This document shows positions 1-13,327 of a DNA stretch of 64,000 bases, in pieces. Numbering within the stretch: the stretch's first letter is position 1; each line of letters begins with the position of its first letter. A program made the translations under genes and the position numbers. Below the pieces are notes generated by a model. That model searched no databases. It was not told where the DNA came from and saw nothing but the letters and a program-made list of their open reading frames with translations. Origin of the DNA: Scyliorhinus canicula (taxonomy: Eukaryota). The stretch spans positions 118,516,123 through 118,580,122 of the forward strand of contig NC_052151.1 in the NCBI RefSeq assembly GCF_902713615.1. Reading direction: 5' to 3'.

Positions 1-461
1 CTGGGACAGCAAACCCTGTGGAGAAACAGGGATTCATTCTGAACTTCCACATTTAACTACGGATGTGCTGATACTGGAAGTTGTGCTATCAGCCAAGGCA
101 CTGTAGTGGTGTAAATACTGACAACTTTCACTGTTACAAATTCCAGGCGAATGCAGATAAATATATCTAAGAAAGGTGAGGCCATTGCTTTCAATGGATC
201 ATGTACAGTTTGCATTGCTTTGCCCATCACTAATTCATACCAACTGCGATAGATGATTAACCATTGCTAAAGCCAGTGAAAGGGGCAAGTTTCTACTCTG
301 GTGGGCTGCTCCTCAGACAATTTGATGATCAAATCCTCAGCCCAGTGTGGTATCAATCTAGCCCAGAGCACATTCACATTTACTCCCTGGCATGGGCCCA
401 GATTGCTGATCTCATCTCAGAAGATTTATCCAAGAACTCAGGTGTACAGAAACCACATCAA

Positions 462-710
462 GGGCACAGCAGCATTGTGGTTAGCACTGTTGCTTCACAA
501 CACCAGGGTTCAATTCCTGCCTTGGGTCACTGTCTGGGTGGAGTCTCTGGTTTCTCCCACAGTCCAAAGATGTGCAGGTGAGGTGGATTGGCCATTCTAA
601 ATTGCCCTTAATGTCCAATATGGGGACAGGGTAGAGGTGTGGGCTTAAGTAGGGTGCTCTTTCCAAGGGTCAGTGGAAACATGGGCTGAATGGCCTCATT
701 TTGCACTGTA
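462..710 (+). mobile_element. tRNA-derived HE1-like SINE, degenerate
   Basis: gtggttagcactg...ggttcaattcc A/B-box-like head and the ccacagtccaaagatgtgcagg core. Paralogues are present in each unit. Confidence 0.7.
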
Positions 711-1482
711 TATGGCATTTAATCCTGTCTGTCCATCTTCACTCCTATAACTTACCCTCCAAAGAGATTTTACTGAAATAAAAATGAACTCCTAAAACAA
801 CATTTTCTCACCTCAACCTTGGAGACTTCTGGGTTTTGTACTATTGCTTGCATCTGAACATGAAGTTCAAGAATTAAGTTTGGCATTTTTATTTGCTAAT
901 CTATCGTTTTGTGGCATTGCTTACTAAACATGAAAATGGGGTTGCCATATCGGAAAATAGTTAAATCTATTTGCATCAACAATAGAGATGCCAGTGAATT
1001 AAATATTTCAATCCAATCCTATCGTGTAGAAAGAAGCCATTCTGATGGTCCTACCTGTGCTGTCTATTGGAAAGAACCACCCAGATTGTCCTACTCCAGA
1101 TTTCCCCTTAATTACCCCCTTGAAGTACATATACAGTTGCTCTGAAAGTTACTGATTCCACCACCTTTGCAGATCATGCATTTATGATTTCATCAACGAT
1201 ACATGTGAAGAAATGTCTAATTTCCCCCAAGTTTTTTAACCTCAATTTTGAATACATGAACTAAAGGTTCCTTTTTTCTAAAGAACAATCCCAGCATCTC
1301 CAGTCTCTCCTATTACGATGCTGGACCAGACCCCAACAGTGGCTAGGATACTGGACAGAAAGCTCCAATATTTTATTTTAATTTTGTACAACTGAGGGGA
1401 AAGGATACCTTACTCAGAGTGATTTTGCACAATAGGGTTATGGCACAAGATTAAAATTTCTTTAATCAGAGAGTCATTGACT

Positions 1483-2030
1483 TTACAATGCAGAAGGAGG
1501 CCATTCAGCCCATCCAAGTCCTACACCAGCTCCTGAAAGAGCATCCTACCCAAGCCCACATCTCCACTCTATCCTGTAACCCAGCAAATCCACCTAACTT
1601 TCAGACAGTACAGAGCAATTTAGCATGACAAATCCACTGAACCTGCACATCTTGGAACTGTGGGAGGAAACTGGAGCATCCAGCAGAACCACGCAGACAG
1701 GAGAATGTGCAGACTACACAGACAGCAACCCAGCTGGGAATCAAACCTGGTCACAACAATACATCTTCAAAGGCCCATTGAATCTGCACCAACCCACTTA
1801 CACCCTATCCTAGTAACCCCCAATAACCCCTCCTAACCTTCTTGGTCACCAGGGGCAATTTATCATTGCCAATGCACCTAACCTGGATGTCTGGACTGTG
1901 GGAAGAAACCGGAGCACACCAGACACTGGGATAACGTGCAGACTCCACACAGTCAGTGACCCAGCAGGGAATCGAATCTGGGACCCTGGCTCTGTGAAGT
2001 CAGTGTTATCCACTTGTGCTTCCATGCCAC
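1483..2030 (-). mobile_element. Two degenerate HE1-like SINE fragments
   Basis: The reverse-complement core ggactgtgggaggaaaccggagca and tail motifs each occur twice. Confidence 0.6.
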
Positions 2031-2663
2031 CTCGTGGACTCTCCCCATTTCTCTATCACTTCCTAGACTCACTCAAAGCTCATCTTGGCCCTGATGCCTC
2101 ACCTCATGTTCCCTTAACCAGAAGGTCAGTTTGAGGTCAGGTGCCCTGGTTTTTAATTCCCCATGAGGGAATTATTTCTGCAGACCCACCCAACCAAATC
2201 CTTCAACACCTCAGATCAGCCTCAATCTTTAACACAGGAAGATTCAAACTTGGTTCTTAAGCCCCAGTCTTCATTCTGGCCAATCAGCATCAAGCCTGCT
2301 CAGAACAAGATGTCTCGTTTGATTCCCAAATCCTGATGGAGTTCAAAAGCAGAACAATGAGATTGGAGGGCCTTTAGCCCCGATTAAAAATCAGATTCTG
2401 TCTGTATCACTTGCCTGAAAACATTTGGATAACCACAAGGAACTCCCCCCACACTAGAGTAAAGGGGGGGGGGGGGGGGGGAAACTGAAGCAGACAGAAA
2501 ATTAACAGCCCCCATAAAAACAACCCTCTCAATGAGAAGAACCATTCAAGGAGATGTGGTTCTTGGAGCTTTTGGAGTGCACAAGCCACAGCCATTATTT
2601 CCATGGACTCAAGACTAATGAAATGCAGAGGCCAATCAGCTCCCAGACACAAGGAATCACTGC

Positions 2664-2669
2664 TTTATT
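2664..2669 (-). terminator. ZP3 copy 1 poly(A) signal AATAAA
   Basis: AATAAA lies 5 nt after the stop. It is conserved at 17731-17726, 32811-32806 and 57705-57700. Confidence 0.75.
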
Positions 2670-2674
2670 GAAAA

Positions 2675-5656
2675 TTAATTTGATGACTGGGTGAACAGAG
2701 TTTGATTGAGTTTCCTGTACAGGAACAAGGTGATCAATGAAGCAGAGATCAGAGAGACAGCTGTCACAGTCAGGGTCACGGTCAGGACCACCTCAGACTC
2801 CACACCTACAAACCAATGAGAAGCCAATGGTTAGTGAAGGAAACACTGAGGGGCAAATAGAAACCAGCAGTTAGCCAACTCACCACTTGGGGACCTCTCC
2901 TGCATCCTTCCCTCAATCAGGGAGTCCGTTGCCAGGTTGGTCACATCAGTATCCAGAATGATCAGGGGTCCAAGTGTGGCCTCAGCCTCCCACTTCAATC
3001 CAACTTCACTCTCTGCAATATCAAACATTCCAGTTAGAGAGGGGAAAGGGGAAACGTCCACCATCTAGAGGATCAATGTCCTACCAGCTTCAGCTACAAT
3101 ATCTCTCCTTCCTCTGGATCCAAATCGCAGCTCCCTTGTGGCACAGTTACCCACATGACAACAGGCACAAATGTCAATGCTCGATTCCTCCAATGGGGTC
3201 CAGCTGAGCAAGACAAAAATCAGTCAACAAACTGCATTGTGCATCACTTCACAAAAACCCATCACAGAGAGAGAGAGAGAGAGAGAGCTTACATATTCTG
3301 CATCTTCTGGAAAGTACAAGCTTTGTTCTTGGAATCTCTCCGATCCACTGGAGCCACTTTCAGGTGACAGGTGATGAAGATCTGAGGGAAACATCAACAC
3401 GTTGTTATTTAATGACTCCCTCCCAACACAGACCCCAATGATCAGTTTCCTCTTACCAAGGAACGGTCATCTCCAAAGAAACGGAATGCATCCAGGTCAA
3501 ACCGGAGCTTGTCCATCTCCCGCTCGCCACTTGGCAACACAAAGGTTGAAAAGGAGTCCTCAGCTTGGCTGTCCAGGAGGCAACTGAAGATAGATTAAAA
3601 AGGGACATGAAGTGAATCAAGTGAAGCCAGTGAGATGGGAGCAGCTGGAGAAAGCAGAGAGCTCCTTACCCATTGTAGTCAATAATGCTGTATCTCGGGG
3701 TGGAGTCCTTGTCTGGGCTCAAAGTAGCTACACAGCGGTCAATGTAGAGCTTCAGGGGCATGTGGTTGCTCATTGAAACAGAGGCCTCAATGTGAATGAG
3801 GTCACCCAGGTAGTAGACAGTGGAAGTGCGCTCTGTAAGCCAGTCACCTGAAGAACAAGAGGATAAGGGTTGGAGACAGTGGGTGTCACTCCCAGTGAGT
3901 GAAGACAGGAAATCACTCCCCATCACATACCATTCATTAGGCGCAGAGAGAATGAAAGATGTCCTTCTCCAGACCTGGTGGAGCTGAATGGGATCCAGGT
4001 AGGCCTGATGGGGTTGCTGCTCACATTGCCCTTCCTGGAAAGACAGCAGAGTCATTTTAGGACAACTTCAGAGAACACCAGCAGCTGTGGATCTTATTGG
4101 GCATCAAATAAAGATTCTCACCTAAAGTAACGACACTCAATGGGAACGACAGCTCCATTTGTTCTCACAATGACAGATCCATGATACTCTGGGCTGTGGG
4201 TCAGGTGGGTGGTGTAGATCAGGAAATCTCCAGACATCTGAAAGACATCAGGTTAAGGAATGAAGAACTGATCTGAAATGAGAAAGTTCTACACAGGGGT
4301 TAACAATGAACTCATCCCATCCAATTAAAATAATTCAAGGAGATTGGCAGGGTCAGTGCAAATAGGCTACTGGGCCCCAGCTGGAGAGTTGAGGGAGGGC
4401 AGGGGGAAGGAGGGTCATCTCAGGTCAACAGCCAATCATGACAATGAATTTCTTCATTTAGCAGCTCATGAATTCTCTATCCCAGAAAACTGAGAATGTT
4501 CAGTCACAGGATATTCAGGACAGTGGATTTATTTTTGGACATTAAGGGAATCATGTTGAAGACAGGGATGAGGTTGAGAAAAGTTCAGTCCTGATCTTAA
4601 TGAATGGGGTCCAGCCCTGATCTTAATGATCAGGAAACAGGCTGGAGGGGCTGCATGGCCTCATTTTGTTATTATGTTGTTCAGCAACCCCCAGCCATTT
4701 ATACAAAGAGATCATTAGTACAAGACCAGTATCAATTAATAGGTAACTGATTCAATAAAAGGACAGCTTCAGTTAACAGGAAAAGGTGCCACAAGTTGAC
4801 AACAATATGGAGCCTGGAAATAGAACAGTTTTAATCCAGGGCCCAGGGCCCCATTGATTCCAATGACTGGGAAAGTGGGAAGTGTAGAGTTCCTCTTTGG
4901 TCCAATCCATCTGAATTCCCATTTCATCCTGTTCATTAACACCCAACCCAATTGGATTAAACTGAACCCTCAGTTTGAGTGATGTGAATGAGAGGGAAAT
5001 AGAGCTGAAAATCAACAAGAGGAAAAGCTTGGAGGAACCAAAGAGAATCTTCCAGACCAATGGGGTTGATGTCACAACACTGAAGAGACTCAGATCAGTG
5101 GAAGCAAAGTACAATCCAGAACAGGAAGCTAGTTTGGGGGTTTAAGACATAGAAGACCAGTATCTCCTCTATATCAATGACATCTCACCAAGTGTTGGAA
5201 TAAAGAGTGTAGAACAATCTCCAGCCTAAGCTTAGAGCCAGAGTTGAGGTTTGACATTACCTGCAATTTGCTGCCACACTCATGGAGCCCATAGTCAAAG
5301 AGGACAGTGTGGTTCTGAGAGTAGATCCTGGTTGGCAGACAGCCTGCTGCCCCCAGGGTCAGGTCAGCAGCTTTAATCAGGTGCCTGGTTCCAAATAAAT
5401 CCAGCTGGACCCTGACCAGCAGCTTGTCCTCTGCACACTGCACCACCACAGTCCGCAGCAGAGACACACTTTGACCCTCAGACACACGGAAATGGGAACC
5501 AAAGGGAGGAAGAGGGACTCTCTGAGGCACAGAGGTGGCTTTGACTCTGCTCCATGGAAACCTCTGGCCTCGAAACTGTTGCCAAGTATCAGAGGAACAA
5601 ACAGCTCCAACTAACACCAGCACTGGGAACAAAGCCCTCACTCCAAAATCCCCCAT
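2675..5656 (-). CDS. zp3: Zona pellucida sperm-binding protein 3-like (ZP3/ZPC), copy 1, intact, 9 exons, 462 aa
   Basis: Exons 5656-5261, 4237-4122, 4034-3931, 3847-3670, 3583-3457, 3381-3293, 3203-3085, 3012-2884, 2805-2675. All introns are GT-AG with consistent phases (1389 nt). The product has a signal peptide ([22 protein letters not shown]), ZP-N motifs ([25 protein letters not shown]), ZP-C motifs ([42 protein letters not shown]), the ZP3 cysteine cluster [10 protein letters not shown], a furin-type RGRR site, an EHP-like LGPLIIL and a C-terminal TM segment. Confidence 0.93.
3266..3287. repeat. (GA)n microsatellite in ZP3 intron 6
   Basis: Length varies between copies: long in copies 1 and 3, short in copies 2, 4 and the captured fragment. 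Confidence 0.85.
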
Positions 5657-5700
5657 GATACCAAACAACTGAACCATCCTGTCCACCAGGGAGCAGCACC

Positions 5701-5744
5701 TTTTATACTCACAACCTGTACTCACCTGAACTCTTTTGAGGTCA
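5701..5744 (-). promoter_or_regulatory. ZP3 copy 1 core promoter (TATA box, E-box)
   Basis: Minus-strand TATAAAA at 5707-5701, ~45 nt upstream of the ATG; E-box CAGGTG at 5728-5723; TGAGGTCA at 5737-5744 on the + strand. TATA and E-box are conserved in all four copies. Confidence 0.65.
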
Positions 5745-5820
5745 ATCAGCTAATTATACTAAAAGAAACAAACTCAGGGACACATTAAAAGGGGCCGCTC
5801 CTGATAGGGGAACTGCCCAA

Positions 5821-6430
5821 ATAATAATAATAATCTTTCTTATTGTCACAAGTTGGCTTACGTTAACCTATTTAATGCAAGTTAATGAAGTCACTGTGAA
5901 AAGCCCCGAGACGCCAGAGTCCGGCACCTGTTTGGGTACACGGAGGGGGAATACAGAATGTCCAAATTACCTAACCACACATCTTTCAGGACATATGCGG
6001 GTAACCGGAGCAACCACAGGAAACCATCACAGACACGGTGAGAACGTGCTGCTTCTGCACAGACAGTGACCTGCCGGGATTCGACCCTGGCGCTGTGAAG
6101 CCACAGTGCTAACCACTGTGCAACCGTGGTCTCCCTAATAGTTCACAAGTAGGCTGACATTATCACTGCAATGAAGTTTCTGTGAAAATCCCCTAGTTGC
6201 CACATTCCAGCGCCTGTTTGGGTACACTGAGGGAAAATTCAGAATGTCCAAATCGCGTATCAAGCACATTTTGCAGGATTTGTGGGTGGAAACCGGAGCA
6301 CCCGGAGGAAACCCGTGCAGACACTGGGAGAACATGCAGACCCCACACAGACAGTGACGCAAGCCGGGAATCGAACACGGGACCCTGGTGCTGTGAAGCA
6401 GCAGTGCTAACCACTGTGCTATCATACCGC
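5821..6430 (-). mobile_element. Two tandem tRNA-derived SINEs upstream of the ZP3 promoter (paralogues ~20898-21510, ~35961-36575)
   Basis: Two heads (gggaatcgaac...gtgctaaccactgtg) with the shared tail cacaagtaggct...cactgtgaaaa and an (aat)n end. Confidence 0.75.
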
Positions 6431-6434
6431 CTCG

Positions 6435-9400
6435 ACCCAACCATTTTCAGCAGTTTCAAAAATCGCCTTCCTTACATCATAAGGTCAGAAGTAGAGATGT
6501 GTGTTGGTGATTTCACAATGTTCAACAACATTTGAGACTCCAGATACTGAAACAGTCCATGTCCAAATGCAACAAAACCTGAAAAATACCCAGGCTTGGC
6601 TGACAAATGGCAAGTAACCTTCATGCCACACAAAGGCCAGACAGTGACCATCCCCAATAAGAGAGAATCTAACCATTGCCCCATGACATTCAATGGCACC
6701 ACCATCTACAAGGCACAAGTTGAGAATGTGATGGAATGCTTTCCCCTTACCTGGATGAATGCAGCTCCAACGACAGTCAAGAAGCTTGACACCATCCAGG
6801 ACAAAGCAGCCTGCATGATTGGCATCCCTTCCACAAATATTCACTCCTTCCACCACTGATGCACAGTAACAGTTGTGTGTACCATCGACAAGATGAATTG
6901 CAGGAACTCACCATGACATCTTAGATTGCAGCTTCCAAACCCAAGACCACTACCACCTAAAAGTGCAAGGGCAGCAGTCACCTGGGAACATTGATGTGTT
7001 GGGTAGGCTGGGTCTATGTGGACTGCGTTTGATGCAGTGTAGCAAGAGATAGACTTCCAACACTTGATGAGATGCAACATGATTTTATTTAACACCTAAC
7101 TATTTTACATGTTCAACTGTGGGTTGGCACTATGCTGACTTGACTGGAGATCTGAGGCTAGCCTGACCAGACTAACTGATTACCACATGGTGTTTGTTCT
7201 AGCTGCTGCTTACGAGCTCTGACTGTCTCAGAGGCTGGATCCCGAGAGAGCGGGAAAACTGGTGCCCTCTGGCTTTATAGTGGTCGGGTCCTGTCTGGTG
7301 ATTGGCTACTGTGTTCTATGTGCTTACTGGTCATCCTGTGTGTCAATCACTGCCTGTCTGTACTCCATGATATACATGGATGCATATTCTGACATCTCCT
7401 CCAATTTAAAAAAAAGTGTGTTCAGATAATGAATAGTAAGGTTTATGTGCGTGAAGATGTGTATATGTACGTGACTGTATATAGAAAATGCTAAAATGGA
7501 CTTATATACATAGGAAGTTGTCGCTAGTGCAGATATAGGGTAGATGAAATGGTCAAAAAACGATATTTACAGATGTCAAAACGATGAGGTAACAAAATTG
7601 TGCAAACATTCAGTCTATAAGTTTAGTCTCTGTGGCGGGCGACGAATTCTGGTTGATCGCCTCAAGGGTGGATCAGGGGCCGCCTGCACTTGGATGGGCG
7701 GGACTGCCTCCAATGCGGTGGTCGCAGAGGTAGGTAGGATTGCTGGGAGATCGGTGGCCTCGTGGCAGGGCCTGTCCAGGGGAAGCAGTGTGTGAGGTGG
7801 GACATCACGGTCGGGTGGTGGACGTGGAAGTCTGCACAGCGTCCACCTGTTGCGTCGTAGGAAAGAGCCATCGGCCATACGAACGAGAAACGATCTCGGG
7901 GCCACTTGCTTGACCACCACAGCTGTGGCGGACCAGCCGCCGTCAGGCAGCTGTACACGAACCCGATCAGTTGGGACCAGCTCGGGGAGATCCGTGGCAT
8001 GGGCATCGTACGCTGATTTCTGTTGGGCCCGAGACTGCTGCATCTTCTGTATGACCGGGAAGTTGTCAAGGTCTGGAATGTGGATGGCTGGAACCGTTGT
8101 TCGCAGAGTGCGGTTCATGAGCATCTGCACTGGAGACAACCCAGTGGACAGCGGGGTCGCCCTGTGTGCCAACAGTGCCAGGTTGAAGTTGGAGCCTGTG
8201 TCTGCAGCCTTACATAGTAGTCTTTTGACGATGTGTACCCCTTTTTCGGCCTTCCCGTTTGACTGTGGGTAGTGGGGGCTGGATGTGACATGACGGAAGT
8301 TGTATAGCTGGGCAAAATCAGACCACTCCTGGCTGTAAAAACAGGGGCTGTTGTCATTCATCACCGTGAGTGGTATACCATGTCTGGCAAATGTTTCTTT
8401 GAATGCCTTAATCACCGCCGCCAACGTGAGGTCAGATACTCTCACCACTTCGGGGTAATTGGAAAAGTAGTCGACCAGGAGGACATAGTCACGCCCCTTG
8501 GCGTGGAAAAGGTCGACACCGACTTTGGACCATGGGGAGGTCACTATCTCATGTTGCAGCAGAGTTTCTTAAGGTTGACCTGGCGGATGTTTTTGACATG
8601 TAGGGCAGTTGAGGACTGTGTTGGCAACGTCCTAGCTGTTGCCCGGCCAGTAGACTGCCTCCCGAGCTCTACATTGACATTTCTCGACCCCCAAGTGACC
8701 CTCGTGGATTTGGCCGAGCACCATAGCTCGCATGCTCTGCGGGATCACGATTCTGTCAAGCTTCATGAAGATGCTGTCTACCACCGTCAGATCGGCCTTG
8801 ACGTTGTAAAACTGGGGACACTGACCCTTCTGCCAGCCATTCGTGAGGTGCTGCATCACCCGCTGGAGCAGAGGATCCCCGGCCGTTTCCTCACGAATTT
8901 GAATGGCTCTCTCATCAGAGGCCGGAAAGTTGGAGGCAGAGAATTGCACCTGTGCGTCGAATTGACAAACGATGTCAGTTTGCTCACACGGTGTGGTGAT
9001 AGACCTGGAAAGGGCAACTGCAACGATGAGTTCTTTGCCTGGGGTGTAGACCAGTTCAAAATCATAGCGGCGTAGCTTGAGAAGGATGCGTTGTAACCGT
9101 GGCGTCATGTCATTGAGGTCTTTTCGGATGATGTGGACCAATGGCCCGTGGTCCGTCTCAACCATGAATTTGGGGAGGCCATACACATAATCGTGGAACT
9201 TGTCGATTCCTGTTAGGAGGCTCAAGCATTCCTTCTCAATCTGAGCGTACCGTTGCTCAGTGGGCATCATGGCTCTGGAGGCATACGCCATTGGGGCCCA
9301 GGAGGAGGAGTCATCCCATTGGAGGAGCACTGCACCAATGCCGTCCTGGCTCGCGTCAGTGGATATTTTTGTGTCCTTGGCGGGGTCGAAAAACGCCAGC

Positions 9401-9725
9401 ACTGGGACTTTGGTGAGTTTTGCCCTCAGCTCACGCCATTCTTTCTCATGAGCGGGCAGCCACTGAAATTCTGTCGACTTTCTGACGAGATGGCACATCA
9501 CCACCTGGAAGTTCCCCCTCCAAGTCACTCACCGTTCTGACTTGGAAAGATATCGTCCCGTCACTGTGGCTGGGTCAAAATCCTGGAACTCCCTCCCTAA
9601 TAGTACAGTGGGTTTACCTAATCCTTATGGGCTGCAGCAGTGCAAGAAGACAGGTTGCCACTATCCTTACAAGGACAATTAGGGATGGCAATAATTGCTG
9701 GCTTGCGATGCCCACATCCTGTGAA
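6435..9725 (+). mobile_element. CR1-type LINE 3' fragment split by element A (6435-6991 and 9495-9725)
   Basis: RT-like peptides LGPTIFSSF..LPSIIRSEV, DLENIQAW.DKWQVTF, ENVMEYFPLTWM. Paralogues at ~21517-22079 plus 24575-24805, and ~36581-37143 plus 49717-49737. Confidence 0.8.
6992..9494 (-). mobile_element. Element A, 5'-deleted copy (RNase H, integrase, 3' LTR 6992-7394)
   Basis: ORFs 8632-9528 (RNase H) and 7615-8544 (integrase core). The sequence joins directly to CR1 at 9495. Confidence 0.92.
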
Positions 9726-10877
9726 TTAATTATTTAAAAATTGTTTATTTTGGTTTTTGGTTCCCCCACAGGGATTGTAACAATGGACAACCAGGAGTTC
9801 CCTGCACACCAGTGTTGTTTGTGAAGTCATTGATGAAAACTTGGACTGAAACTGCAAATTAATGAATTCATCTCTACTCTGTGGGGTGCCCTTTACTGTA
9901 CATGTATGAACTTTTCACTATCCTACACTTGCCATCCAGTGTTTTGTGCTGTTTGATCATGGCTACTGGTGAATATGCTGGTCTGATTTTACTCGGGCAA
10001 AGATGTCCCTGTAGATGATGCCAGAATGGAGCTGACTTTGTGATAAGTGACATTGACGTGCAACATTATTTCTATGTTCAATTCCCATTCTGGCTCTTTT
10101 CCCAGTCTCCAATGCTCTTCCAATGAAGCTCCAAAGAAACCTGAGAATAGCGCCCCGTGAGCATTTACCATCTGGACTCAATAAGGAGTTCAATGTTTTG
10201 AGATCGGAATTATTGCTCCTTTTTTGGACAGCAGGAGCTGGTAATAATAGCGCTGTTGCAATTTACAGCTCCTCTCGACCCATCTTTTGTTTCTTATCCA
10301 ATTCCTGTCCCCTTTCAACTTGTATCATTGACCCTTTTCTCATTTTAGTCACTTCTGCCTTCTAACCTATCACAGACTTTTGTTCTGTTCTCCCCTCCTC
10401 TCCCCAGCACCTTAAAACTTGTTATATTCCTAAAGTCTTCCAATTCCCAACAAAAGGTTACCAACCTGAAACATTGACTCCGGGAGCAATTCTCCCAAAA
10501 CATTTGATCGCAATCTACCTACAATTAGAATTTTGTTTGGAGGTTGGGGTGAGCTGCAGCCTGATTGGGGGGGGGCGCAGAGTTGAAGACGGCGGCAGGT
10601 CCGTCTCCTCCGAGATCGGGGCACAATTCTTTAAGGAAGATTTGATCTCAGGCAAATGCTCAGCCCCCCACCTCGCCCCATTGCCAGTACCAGCATCCCC
10701 CACGTGAGCGACAGCTCGCTATCCGGCTGGCCAACTGCACCACCTGCGTGGTCATCACTCTGATCTCCATCACTCTGGCTTCACATTGCGCCGGCGGGTG
10801 GGAGAATTCCAGGAACCAGGAGAATCCGGCTGTAAACAGAATCTGTATATTTAAATAAGGGTGTTGGGCACGAACCT

Positions 10878-11467
10878 GGGGCGGGATTCTCCCCTACCCG
10901 ACGGGGCAGGCGGTCCCGGCGCCGAGGAGTGGCGTGAACTACTCCGGCGAAGGGCCGCCCGGAGGGTGCAGAATCCTCCGCCAGCCCGCGCGAGTTGGCG
11001 TATGCGCGGGGGCGCCAGTGTTTGCTGGCATCTTAGTGCATGCGCAGGGGGGTTCTTTTCCGCACCGGCCATGGCGGAGGTTGACAGCGGCTCGTGCGGA
11101 GGGAAAGAATGCCCCCACGGCACAGGCCCGCTTGCGGATCTGTGGGCCCCCATCGCGGACCAGGCCACCGAGGGGGCACCCCCCCCCCCCCCCGAGGACT
11201 ACAGAGGCCGCCAGCAGAGCCAGGTCCCGCCGGTAAGTACCAGGTCTAATGTACGCCGGCGGGACCGGCCTACAACAGGCAGCTGCACGGCCCATCGCAG
11301 GCCGGAGAATCGACCAGGGGGCCGCTGCCAACGGCCATCGACCGGCGTAGCACGTTGCCCGCCCCCACCAAAACCCCGGCGCCGGACAATTCAGCAGCCG
11401 GCGGTGGCGGGATGCACGCTGACCACCGGCTATTCTCCAGCCCCATGGGGTCGGAGAATCACACCCC
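10878..11467. mobile_element. GC-rich MITE-like element (possibly PIF/Harbinger-derived); paralogues 25962-26551 and 50451-51079
   Basis: Terminal inverted repeats GGGGCGGGATTCTCC ... GGAGAATC(A/C)CACCCC and no credible coding frame. It appears nested in a related, older element (~10480-11640). Confidence 0.6.
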
Positions 11468-11897
11468 TGATCACAGCAGCTGGAGAGCTCAAGGAGCATC
11501 GGAAATTGTTTGACACCCGGAGCAAATCCCTTTTCAGGCCTCTCCCGGGATTTTCCCAAGTTCGCAGAATTTGCACTGGGCGTAATGCGCCTGGTGAATC
11601 GCCCCGCTGTTTCTCTACCGATGCTACCCAAATATTTCCAGAAGTTTCTGTTCATGTTGTACATTTAATAACTGAACTTGTTCAACATTGCTGATTTAAC
11701 TAAATACAAATAACAGACTGATGCTTGAGCAAGATTTCTTTACATGTGCCAGGCATAGGTTGCTGTAAGCACATTGAATCTTGTGGAAGTTATAATTTGC
11801 CTTCTGGAATCTTTTCACTTCATGGTCATGCAGAAACTTAAACAGCATTTTGTCTCCAGCACAAGTATGTTTAATGTCGTATGTTCATGTTTTTCAG

Positions 11898-12538
11898 AAC
11901 GATGCCTGTTTAGTGCCTGTTGATGACCCAAAGGCCACCAGTGCCACAGAGGAAATAAATACCGTGACTAGTTCTATTACGGTGCAGGAGTACTTTGCCA
12001 ACAGCATGGCTCAACTGAAAAAATCAAAAACAGGGCATGAGATCGATCGAAGCAGTGCTGTTCAGGAACTCGAAGGAAATGATTTGAATTCATTCAAAGA
12101 AGTACAAATTAAATCCCAAAAAAGAAGTAAAAACGCTGCAGAGGAGATTCTGAGGGGATTTGTAACTTCAACCAACTGTCTCTCCCCACAAAGCAAGTCG
12201 AGAGTGAAGGTGATGGAGAACTAAATAGTGGTCTGATAGAAGACAGCCCAGTTGAGGAAAATTACCAGACTAAAAGAAGCTCCAGAAAAAGCAGAGCGAA
12301 ATCTTCGGTGTCACTCATCCAGAATATTTGTCTTTTAGAAGTTGAGTCGGAAGAGGTTCAGGTTGAACAGTACTCAGCAGTAAATGAGTCATCGGAGAAG
12401 CAAAATGAACAGGATTGGGATGAGGATAAGGAGAAACGAAAGAAGACTAAGAAGAAAGCAACAGCCACAGGTGAAGATGAGGTTTCTCAATCCTGTCATT
12501 CAATAGAAAGGAGGAGGAAAAGGAAAGAAAAGAAATAG
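11898..12538 (+). pseudogene. pinx1: PINX1-like terminal exon, frameshifted (unit 1)
   Basis: Acceptor ttttcag at 11891-11897, then NTVTSSITVQEYFANSMAQLKK, which resembles the PINX1 motif TIQEYFAKRMA.LK. It is followed by a Lys/Glu-rich tail. There is a frameshift/stop in the A-rich run at ~12118-12130. No G-patch exons were seen. Confidence 0.7.
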
Positions 12539-13327
12539 AAGATTTGGGACATGCCAAAATTGTTGGCCACTATTTTAATTGAAAACGATCCAAATGACTT
12601 ATTTTATTACTAATTACAAAATACTTAAATTGTTCCTCTACATTCAGGACGTTGTAGTCTTACAGTGACTGTTGGAATTAAATTTAAGCAGTGAGCTTGG
12701 TAATGGAGGATGGAATACTTGAAGTAAGGAAAGTGATTGAAAGCATGTCCCGCAATGACCCCATAGCTGAGTGACTTCACTGGACAGGGTGGCACGCTGG
12801 CACTGATGCCACCCAAGCACCTTTGAAACTACCAGCCTTGCACCCTGACAGTGCCACTTGCCTACCCTGGCACTGACACCTGGGCATCAGCCTAGCACTG
12901 CCAGTGTGCCAAGTGGTGCTGGCAGGGATACTGCCAGGCCGGCAGTACCAAGAATTAATGCTTTGTTTTTGGTAAGATTGCACTCTAAGTGGGTAAATAC
13001 CATTGTGGATCTCACCTAAAAAAAAGGCAAGAAATATTCTGCCAAACTCACCCACAATGACACTTAGAATTGTTTCATTTTTAAAAAGTTTTTATTCAGG
13101 TTTTTCATTTTATACAATACAAAATAAACACGTCTGTGTAAACCAGATACAATTTACAAAAGCCAAACATTGGAGGTAACCCCCATCTCCCTAGACCCCC
13201 CCACCCTACCCATCACCAACTCCCCTCTTCCTTTTATTTCAATTTATTAAACTTTTACATCTGTACATTGCACAATAGGTGAGCAAGACGCTTCGATGTA
13301 TAGTTTTGTTACAGTTGGTCATAGTAT

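Noticed and set aside
30-450. Short ORFs in the unit-start region, conserved between units
   Set aside because: Indels shift the frames between units and no motif is recognisable. An ancient remnant cannot be excluded without a search.
5657-5725. N-terminal extension MSTGCEYKRCC... in the ZP3 ORF calls
   Set aside because: It starts at a GTG upstream of the TATA box. The ATG at 5656 gives a normal signal peptide. The ATG at 5677 lies near the expected TSS and cannot be fully excluded.
8632-9528. Conserved 298 aa ORF as a domesticated gene
   Set aside because: It is a CR1-pol junction fragment, separated from the integrase ORF by a stop. Its conservation reflects recent segmental duplication.
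10851-11694. Overlapping 100-277 aa ORFs repeated in each unit
   Set aside because: GC-rich MITE sequence with no recognisable domain; the frames break differently between units.
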